Below are positions 1-5,838 of a DNA stretch of 20,129 bases, one piece after another (position 1 is the stretch's first letter; each line of letters opens with the position of its first letter). The notes under the pieces are model-generated. The model did not search any database. It was not told where the DNA came from and saw only the letters and a program-made list of their open reading frames with translations. Position numbers and translations under genes: made by a program. This DNA is from a virus. The stretch covers positions 1-20,129 of IMG/VR virus record IMGVR_UViG_3300045988_106376; one strand, written 5' to 3'.

Positions 1-253
1 GAGTGTCAGCATAACCCTGTTCCCCATTGTCGAACACATGTTCACAGTACATGAACACAAACCAAACCGCCTCGCGTTGCTCGGTCTGGGTTCGCTCCGC
101 TCACCACACCGCACCACACTACATAGCACGACATTACACAACACCACACACCATCACACTAAAATGTTCCACGTGAAACAATGACACGCTAGGGTCCGTA
201 GTGAATTATGTGAAATTACAAAAACACTTGTATTCTAGAATAGGTGTGCTATA
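1..253. repeat. Left inverted terminal repeat (ITR), 253 bp
   Basis: Bases 1-253 are the exact reverse complement of 19877-20129, compared by eye over the whole length. Identity stops after ...ggtgtgctata: the left continues atgag, and the complement of the right end continues ttata. By hand count, 1-180 is about half G+C, against a visibly AT-rich genome body. Confidence 0.95.
102..161. repeat. Six tandem 10-bp phased CA-rich repeats inside the left ITR (consensus CAYYACACnn)
   Basis: Octamers start every 10 bp: 102 CACCACAC, 112 CACCACAC, 122 CATAGCAC, 132 CATTACAC, 142 CACCACAC, 152 CATCACAC. The top strand here has very little G or T. Confidence 0.85.
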
Positions 254-255
254 AT
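228..255 (+). promoter_or_regulatory. Left early promoter in and at the edge of the ITR (TTGTAT-16 nt-TGcTATAAT), with a 12-bp perfect palindrome TATTCTAGAATA (231-242) over the -35 and spacer
   Basis: -35 ttgtat at 228-233. Extended -10 tg-c-tataat at 247-255. It reads into the first ORF (ATG 285). The palindrome was checked base by base. Confidence 0.65.
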
Positions 256-284
256 GAGAGTACAAATAAGGAGAGGACAAGGAA

Positions 285-497
285 ATGAAAGAGATAATTA
301 AGGAAAAATATAGAAGAGAATTAGAAGAAATGTCTAATAATGAATTGTTGTTTGAGTTTGAATTTTGTTGTGATGAAATTGAAAGATTAATGAAAATTAT
401 TAATAATGGTCCATATGAACAAAAGCTTTTAAGTTGTGAAATGGTAAGAAAAAGAATTTGTAAGGAAATTATTTTAAATAGAATGGAGAGTAATTAA
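285..497 (+). CDS. Hypothetical early protein, 70 aa
   Basis: First ORF downstream of the ITR promoter. AAGGAGAGG lies upstream of the ATG. Tightly packed with the next ORF. I recognise no motif. Confidence 0.6.
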   Translation: MKEIIKEKYRRELEEMSNNELLFEFEFCCDEIERLMKIINNGPYEQKLLSCEMVRKRICKEIILNRMESN

Positions 498-498
498 T

Positions 499-780
499 AT
501 GACAAAAAATAGATTTAAACAAGTATGTAATTATTTTTATGATCTAAAAAATGGCTGTTGTGGTAAAATGTTTGAATCTGATATTATAGATGATATTAAT
601 GATATATTTAATGAGTATTACAATAAATTAGTTGGTGTTTACACAATTAGTTTCATGTTAACTGATTATGAATATGAAAGATCTAGATTATTAGATGTGT
701 ATAAAGAGTGTTTATATATCATGAGATTTAAATATTTACTACGTATTAATATGATAACTGATGGAAAGGATGTGTTATGA
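499..780 (+). CDS. Hypothetical early protein, 93 aa
   Basis: The ATG is 1 nt after the previous stop, with GGAGAG upstream. No recognisable motif. Confidence 0.6.
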   Translation: MTKNRFKQVCNYFYDLKNGCCGKMFESDIIDDINDIFNEYYNKLVGVYTISFMLTDYEYERSRLLDVYKECLYIMRFKYLLRINMITDGKDVL

Positions 781-1083
781 ATGAGTAGAATTTATAAACA
801 CAATTATTACCCAAGTGAGTTAACTATGGATAATATTAACAGAATCGTTGATATTATAGAGACGTATTTATGTGATTATAAACTAGGCTTTCACTTAGTT
901 TACCAACGTAGACATTTAATAAGAATGGATATTCGTAAATTAAATTCAAAGAGTGTAATAGCTAGTTATTCGTTTCGATATAACACTATGACGTTATTTA
1001 AACGTAAGGTTTTGCAAGGTGTTGTATCACTTGATGATATGATTAAAGAGAATGAGAGACGCGGTTATGAGTATTTACAATAA
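781..1083 (+). CDS. Hypothetical early protein, 100 aa
   Basis: The ATG immediately follows the previous TGA, with GGAAAGGA upstream. No recognisable motif. Confidence 0.6.
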   Translation: MSRIYKHNYYPSELTMDNINRIVDIIETYLCDYKLGFHLVYQRRHLIRMDIRKLNSKSVIASYSFRYNTMTLFKRKVLQGVVSLDDMIKENERRGYEYLQ

Positions 1084-1288
1084 TTTAATACTTGCAAGTT
1101 TGTTATTATGTGTTGTATTATCTGTTTACCAAATATACCAACAATGCAAAGGTAATTTTAAATATTATAAGGTAACAAACAGATACATAAATTTCATTAT
1201 AATCTCAATTGTAATGTTAGTTATGTGGTTTGTATTAATAAATATGAAGTATGACGAATTAATGGAGGTGTGCCATGTAAGACATTAA
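1067..1288 (+). CDS. Small early membrane protein, about 73 aa, two predicted TM segments
   Basis: Hydrophobic stretches are LILASLLLCVVLSVYQIY and FIIISIVMLVMWFVLI. The ORF track starts at 1052, but that ATG has no usable SD spacing; 1067 (MSIYNN) is preferred but uncertain. It overlaps the end of the previous ORF. Confidence 0.45.
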   Translation: MSIYNNLILASLLLCVVLSVYQIYQQCKGNFKYYKVTNRYINFIIISIVMLVMWFVLINMKYDELMEVCHVRH

Positions 1289-1409
1289 GTGTTATGACTT
1301 CACTAAAAAGCGATTTAGGTTGTAAATTGTTATGCTAGTACAAAAATTAAACAACTTGAAATAAATTAATTGAAAAAGCAATAGTTAAAATTAAAAGGAG
1401 AATATTAAA

Positions 1410-1811
1410 ATGGAAAATTTAGGTAATGAAGTAATGGCAATGGAAAACACAGGATTGGTTGTGACTGAGGATATGTCTCACGAGCAACGCGTTAATTTAT
1501 TCAACGCGGTAAATAATGCGGAAGGTTTAAGCGATCAAGTAGGTAAGGATTTGTATTTGACTGGTTATATCGTGCAAGATGTAGAAAAAGAAAACGAGAG
1601 AACAGGCGAAATTATCTGTTCTAAATTAATCACTGTTATTGATAAGGATGGAAAAGCCTATGCGACAAACTCAAAACCTTTCTTACAGTCATTAAAACAG
1701 TTAAAACAGGTGTTTAACTATGATTGGACGAAAGAACCGGTATGTGTAACAATTATCCAGAAGAAATCAAATTCAAGTTCAAATAAATATTTAAGCATGG
1801 CTGTAAAATAG
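1410..1811 (+). CDS. Single-stranded DNA-binding protein, phi29 p5-like
   Basis: AAAGGAG lies 9 nt upstream of the ATG. It sits just before the terminal protein gene, as gene 5 sits before gene 3 in phi29. Segments MENTG, VNLFNAV, ITVIDKDGKAYATNSK and VTIIQKKSNSSSNKYLSMAV line up with phi29 p5 as I remember it. A strong terminator follows. Confidence 0.6.
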   Translation: MENLGNEVMAMENTGLVVTEDMSHEQRVNLFNAVNNAEGLSDQVGKDLYLTGYIVQDVEKENERTGEIICSKLITVIDKDGKAYATNSKPFLQSLKQLKQVFNYDWTKEPVCVTIIQKKSNSSSNKYLSMAVK

Positions 1812-1822
1812 CCTAATAAAAT

Positions 1823-1853
1823 AAGGGTGTTAGCCAAACACCCTTTTATTTTT
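1823..1853 (+). terminator. Rho-independent terminator or attenuator after the SSB gene
   Basis: Stem aagggtgtt (1823-1831) pairs with aacaccctt (1837-1845), loop agcca, followed by ttattttt. Confidence 0.75.
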
Positions 1854-1874
1854 GACTAAAAGGGGGTGTTTAAA

Positions 1875-2708
1875 TTGGCTAAAATGCGAAAAAGCACGAA
1901 AGATGTTAAGCGGTTAAGAAATGCTATAGCAAGTGCTAAACGAACTGCTACAAAAGCACAAAATTTAGGGCAAGACGTTGTGTTTACAGATATTAGAACC
2001 ATTAAAGATTTTAACGACCGTAAAGAATTCAATAAATACTTAAAATCAATTGAAAAATTCAACAAAGAAAACAGATATATAAAAAATAGGTATGGTGTCG
2101 TGTTTAACCGTAATGACATCGAACAGGCTAATAAGTTAGTGGATAAACAGAACAAGCAAAGAAAAAAACTTGTTCGTAGTGTTGGACTAAATAATTTGAA
2201 AGAAACAAAGGGCGGTATATCCACAAATATTTCAGTTCGACAAGCTTTATCAGTATTAAAAGATGATAGAGGCGGTTTTTTTGAGCCGGTCCATCACGTT
2301 AATATTCAATCTTACAGATATCCTAAACAATTAAAAAATAGGATTGAAAGCCTAAAGGAGAATACAAAGAAGAAAAATAAGAAAATCACCACATTTAGAG
2401 AGAATTATAAAGCAGCTATAGAAAAACAAATACGAGGGCACAATATAACAGAGGAAGAAGGGAAACAAATTTTAAAAGACATGAGATCATTATCAGATGA
2501 AGAATTATTGAAATGGTTGTATCAAGAACGAAAAGCGATAAATACTTTTAAATATTTAGATTTAAGTCGTGAATATACAGAAAATCAAAAATTTGTAAAC
2601 GAGCAATTAAGTAAAGCCATAAGAGAAGATTTAAGCGATGTAAAGGATAGTTTAGCAGTATTTACCAGACGTGCCTATGTTAGTGGCGGTGTGGTTAAGT
2701 ATAAATAA
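1875..2708 (+). CDS. Terminal protein (protein primer for DNA replication)
   Basis: Located directly upstream of the DNA polymerase. The basic N-terminus MAKMRKSTKD, then LGQDVVFTDIRTIKDFNDRKEFNKYLKSIEKFN and NRYGVVFNRNDIEQAN, parallel phi29 p3 segments as I recall them (MARSPR..., YGVDLTAEIDIPDLDSFETRAQFNKWKEQ, NAYGVVASKAKIAEIE). The start is uncertain: TTG 1875 has AAAGGGGG 9 nt upstream and is preferred. GTG 1866 (ORF track) and ATG 1884 are alternatives. Confidence 0.8.
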   Translation: MAKMRKSTKDVKRLRNAIASAKRTATKAQNLGQDVVFTDIRTIKDFNDRKEFNKYLKSIEKFNKENRYIKNRYGVVFNRNDIEQANKLVDKQNKQRKKLVRSVGLNNLKETKGGISTNISVRQALSVLKDDRGGFFEPVHHVNIQSYRYPKQLKNRIESLKENTKKKNKKITTFRENYKAAIEKQIRGHNITEEEGKQILKDMRSLSDEELLKWLYQERKAINTFKYLDLSREYTENQKFVNEQLSKAIREDLSDVKDSLAVFTRRAYVSGGVVKYK

Positions 2709-2726
2709 TGTAAAGGGGGTTGTAGT

Positions 2727-4553
2727 ATGGCAAAGAAAAAAGAGCCTAAAGAAATTTGGGCTTGTGATTTTGAAACTACAACCGACCCTTTAGACTGTAG
2801 AGTTTGGGCATGGGGAGCAAGTTTTGTTAGCGATTCAAGTATAAAAGAATATGGGAATAGTATTGACGGTTTTATTGAATGGTGCAAACAAAAAACACGT
2901 AAATTATATTTTCATAACTTAGCGTTTGATGGTGAATTTATTGTAAGTTGGCTTTTAAGTAACGGTTATGAGTATTCGGACAAGCCTAAAACCGGATGTT
3001 TTAAAACAATTATATCGAATACAGGTTTATGGTATTCGATTGAAGTATGGTGGAAATATTCAATTTATAGATCAACAAAAACCACAATATGGGATAGCTT
3101 TAAATTAATTCCATTTAGTATTGAGAAGATCGCGCATGATTTTAATTTACCAATTCGTAAATTAAAGTTGGACTATACAACAAAAAGAGAAATAGGGCAC
3201 GAGCTTACACCGCATGAAGTCGATTATCTATTTAATGATATCGATATTGAAGGTATGGCACTGAATGAATGTTTTAAGCTTGGATTTAATAAAATGACAG
3301 CCACTAGCTGCAGTTTTGACGCATTCAAGAAAACTTTGCCTATGTCGTTTGAAAAGATATTTACGCCTTTAGAAATGAATGTGGATACAGATTTAAGACC
3401 GGCATATAGTGGTGGTTTTGTATGGGCAAACCCGGAACTAAAAGAAAAAGAGATAGGACAAGGCATTGTATTTGATGTTAATTCACTTTTTCCATCGCGT
3501 ATGTATTATGAATTATTGCCGTATGATACACCTATTTATTTTAATGGTGAATACCAACAGGATGATGAATATCCTTTATGGGTAGGCGTTGTGAGTTTCG
3601 CTTTTGACATTAAAAAGGACCATATACCTTGTATATCGCTAGATAAGTTTTCTCGATTTTTTGGAAGTAAAAAATATGTAGACAGTTCAAACGGGGATAT
3701 CGTTAGAATGACTGTCACAAGTGTTGATTGGGAGTTATTCAATGAACAATATGATGTTTATGATGTAGAGTTCATTAATGGATATAAATTTAGAGGGTGT
3801 GTAGGTATCGCAAGGCAGTTTATCGATGAGCAAATGGAAATTAAAAAGAATTCTAAAGGTGCACAACGTTTTATAGCTAAACGACAATTAAATTCAGTAT
3901 ATGGGAAGTTCGCAACGAATCCAAATGTAACACCTAAAATTCCGTTTATTGATAAAGATGATGGCGTATTAAGACTTCACGACCCTATGTACACTACCTA
4001 TGAAGATGGAGAGGTTAAAGAGGTAATTGATGAGCAATTTAGAGATCCTATTTATTTACCGTATGGTGAATTTGTAACAGCTTACGCACGTAAATATACG
4101 ATATCAACAGCACAAAAGGTTGGTATACATAGAGTTGCATATATTGATACGGATTCAATACATTTAGTTGGTACACAAGTTCCGGACGCTATTAAAGATA
4201 TTATTGACGATAAGGAGTTAGGTTACTGGGGTCTAGAATCAGTGTTTACACGATCTTATTTTATCGGTGCTAAAAGTTATGTTGAAGAAATTGAAATAAG
4301 TTATAAGGAATACGTGGAGCACCAACAAGAATACATAAGTGAGAACGACTGTAAAGATAATTTGTATTATATTCGTGAGGGAGTTTGTTATTATTTGAAT
4401 GTCAAATGCGCGGGTATGACGCAAAAGGCTAAACAGAATGTAACATATGATAATTTTAGAGTTGGAAATGTTATTAATGATTGTTTAAAAAAGACACATG
4501 TACCTGGTGGTATTGTATTAGTTGATAGACAATTCAGCATTAAAAGTAGGTAG
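2727..4553 (+). CDS. Family-B protein-primed DNA polymerase (phi29 p2-like)
   Basis: Exo I WACDFETTT, Exo II FHNLAFDGEF, Exo III YLFNDIDI, motif A DVNSLFPSRMY, motif B KRQLNSVYGKFATNP, motif C YIDTDSIH and KxY GAKSY are all present. AAGGGGG lies upstream of the ATG. Confidence 0.97.
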   Translation: MAKKKEPKEIWACDFETTTDPLDCRVWAWGASFVSDSSIKEYGNSIDGFIEWCKQKTRKLYFHNLAFDGEFIVSWLLSNGYEYSDKPKTGCFKTIISNTGLWYSIEVWWKYSIYRSTKTTIWDSFKLIPFSIEKIAHDFNLPIRKLKLDYTTKREIGHELTPHEVDYLFNDIDIEGMALNECFKLGFNKMTATSCSFDAFKKTLPMSFEKIFTPLEMNVDTDLRPAYSGGFVWANPELKEKEIGQGIVFDVNSLFPSRMYYELLPYDTPIYFNGEYQQDDEYPLWVGVVSFAFDIKKDHIPCISLDKFSRFFGSKKYVDSSNGDIVRMTVTSVDWELFNEQYDVYDVEFINGYKFRGCVGIARQFIDEQMEIKKNSKGAQRFIAKRQLNSVYGKFATNPNVTPKIPFIDKDDGVLRLHDPMYTTYEDGEVKEVIDEQFRDPIYLPYGEFVTAYARKYTISTAQKVGIHRVAYIDTDSIHLVGTQVPDAIKDIIDDKELGYWGLESVFTRSYFIGAKSYVEEIEISYKEYVEHQQEYISENDCKDNLYYIREGVCYYLNVKCAGMTQKAKQNVTYDNFRVGNVINDCLKKTHVPGGIVLVDRQFSIKSR

Positions 4554-4565
4554 GAAGGTGATAAA

Positions 4566-4694
4566 GTGACAAGTGTTTTAACAAATATATTTTATTATTT
4601 ATTTATGGCATTTTGCTGTTTAAGTGTAACATTTCTATTTGTTGTGTATATTATAGGAATGGCATTAATGATTATTTGGATTATAAAGGAGTAG
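4566..4694 (+). CDS. Small hydrophobic membrane peptide, 42 aa (below the ORF-track size cutoff)
   Basis: GTG start with GGAAGGTGA 4 nt upstream. Translation VTSVLTNIFYYLFMAFCCLSVTFLFVVYIIGMALMIIWIIKE fills the gap between the polymerase and the next gene. Confidence 0.45.
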   Translation: MTSVLTNIFYYLFMAFCCLSVTFLFVVYIIGMALMIIWIIKE

Positions 4695-4698
4695 AAAA

Positions 4699-5145
4699 AT
4701 GGATTTTATAAATTTAATGGTTTTAATTTGTGTAATTTGTTTTATTGTATTATTAATTTTTAGTTTTATTATGTTTTGTAAATATAAATCATTAATTGAT
4801 AATTATAAATATTTGAATGAAGAAGTTGATAGTTTAGCTCATGAAGTTTATAATCGTGATAACGCAATATTTAAAAAGTGTGATAAAACTCTAAAAGAAT
4901 TTAACGAGATCATGTTTGGAAATCCACCACTCAAAAATAAAGTGGTGGTTGTGAGAAGTATAAAGGATTATGATTATACAGCCTATCGAAAAGATATCGA
5001 ATCATTAAATGAATATCTTAAGGATGGTTGGAGTATTGTAAGCCATGAAACGAGTGATTTTGTACATACTTATATATTAGGTATGCCGTTAGTATGGCAG
5101 GATGAAAAAGAAGATGATAAAGGATGTGATAACGATGTTAAGTGA
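4699..5145 (+). CDS. Membrane-anchored early protein, 148 aa (N-terminal TM plus soluble domain)
   Basis: AAAGGAG lies 7 nt upstream. The TM segment is LMVLICVICFIVLLIFSFIMF, followed by a charged soluble region. No recognised motif. Confidence 0.6.
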   Translation: MDFINLMVLICVICFIVLLIFSFIMFCKYKSLIDNYKYLNEEVDSLAHEVYNRDNAIFKKCDKTLKEFNEIMFGNPPLKNKVVVVRSIKDYDYTAYRKDIESLNEYLKDGWSIVSHETSDFVHTYILGMPLVWQDEKEDDKGCDNDVK

Positions 5146-5320
5146 GAAGTCTAAAGAAAATCGGAATAAGTGGTATCGAGATCATGTTAATAAATATTGT
5201 GTTTGTGTGAATAAAAATGAGATTGAAGTTGTTAGATATATTGAAGATTTATTGAAAAAGAAAAAGTTTAGTCAATATGTAAAAGACAAAGTTAAAGAAG
5301 ATTTGGAAAAAATAAAATAA
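5135..5320 (+). CDS. Small basic protein, 61 aa, possible ribbon-helix-helix DNA-binding regulator
   Basis: ATG 5135 has AAAGGA 9 nt upstream and overlaps the previous stop. The ORF-track start 5102 lies inside the previous gene. The pattern YCVCVN (strand), NEIEVVRYIEDLLKKK (helix) and FSQYVKDKVKEDLEK (helix) resembles an RHH fold. The functional call is weak. Confidence 0.4.
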   Translation: MLSEKSKENRNKWYRDHVNKYCVCVNKNEIEVVRYIEDLLKKKKFSQYVKDKVKEDLEKIK

Positions 5321-5331
5321 TCTGTTATTAT
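5303..5331 (+). promoter_or_regulatory. Possible promoter for the non-coding RNA candidate (TTGGAA-17 nt-TATTAT)
   Basis: ttggaa at 5303-5308, 17-nt spacer, tattat at 5326-5331. Such matches are common in AT-rich DNA, so this is tentative. Confidence 0.25.
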
Positions 5332-5337
5332 ATTTAC

Positions 5338-5491
5338 GTAAGGAATAAAGAACGGAAATCAGACATGTATGTTAGGCTTACTCGCGGTGAAACGTGCTAA
5401 CAACATATATAGGAATAGTAATCTAGCTGATAACACTTTAAACTTTACAACCTATTATCATGAAACCCTCTTAAAAGAGGGTTTTATTTTT
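5338..5491 (+). ncRNA. Candidate packaging RNA (pRNA-like), about 150 nt, 5' end uncertain
   Basis: No plausible ORF here. The region ends in a strong terminator (5463-5491). Hand folding gives helix 5365-5375/5397-5406, a 7-nt bulge GCUUACU (5376-5382), and a short helix 5383-5386/5393-5396 with loop GUGAAA. A downstream weak hairpin loop AUAGUAA (5415-5421) is complementary to UUACU of the bulge. Flanking segments 5341-5362 and 5427-5453 pair imperfectly. The position at the distal end of the early operon, after the polymerase and small membrane-protein genes, matches the phi29 pRNA. Confidence 0.45.
5463..5491 (+). terminator. Rho-independent terminator ending the early operon and RNA candidate
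   Basis: aaaccctc (5463-5470) pairs with gagggttt (5477-5484), followed by tattttt. Confidence 0.85.
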
Positions 5492-5492
5492 A

Positions 5493-5521
5493 TTGACTTT
5501 ACAATATTAATATCATATATT
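5493..5521 (+). promoter_or_regulatory. Late promoter (TTGACT-17 nt-TATATT)
   Basis: ttgact at 5493-5498, 17-nt spacer, tatatt at 5516-5521. It lies immediately upstream of the scaffold and capsid genes. Confidence 0.7.
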
Positions 5522-5545
5522 AATAAATAGAAGGGATGTGTAAAA

Positions 5546-5821
5546 ATGGAACGTGACGAATTAAGAAACAAGTTTACGGAAGTGTTAACGGTTGAAGATC
5601 AAGCGGAACGTTCAACTATGTTGAATGATATGCGAGCGGAAGTTGAGAAAACTTTTACAGAGTTAGACAATTTGAAATCCGAGAACACGAAACTAGTTGA
5701 AAAGAATACCTCGTTGACAGAGGCAAACTCAAAACTATTTATGCAAATTGGTGTCGAAAAATCCGGCGGAGAAAAGCCAAAACATGAAGCGCCAATGGAT
5801 TTAAGAAAATTAGGTATTTAA
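5546..5821 (+). CDS. Scaffolding protein (phi29 gp7-like by position and composition)
   Basis: A 91-aa, charged protein with coiled-coil character, directly upstream of the capsid gene. AGAAGGGA is the RBS. Confidence 0.65.
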   Translation: MERDELRNKFTEVLTVEDQAERSTMLNDMRAEVEKTFTELDNLKSENTKLVEKNTSLTEANSKLFMQIGVEKSGGEKPKHEAPMDLRKLGI

Positions 5822-5838
5822 TGAAAGAGGTGATTTAG

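Noticed and set aside
1289-1409. A 120-nt gap upstream of the SSB gene, examined for a promoter or small RNA
   Set aside because: Several TTGAAA and TTGTAA hexamers are present, but none has a convincing -10 at 16-18 nt. I saw no terminator or stable structure, so no call was made.
1856-2224. A 122-aa minus-strand ORF antisense to the terminal protein gene
   Set aside because: It lies entirely inside a gene with recognisable terminal-protein similarity, has no RBS, and has a Leu/Phe/Ser-rich composition typical of the antisense frame of AT-rich, Lys/Glu-rich coding sequence.
2675-4424. Minus-strand ORFs 2675-2887, 3224-3466, 3536-3742 and 4239-4424 inside the DNA polymerase gene
   Set aside because: All are antisense to a polymerase ORF that carries every catalytic motif. 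None has an RBS or promoter context. They are treated as chance open frames.
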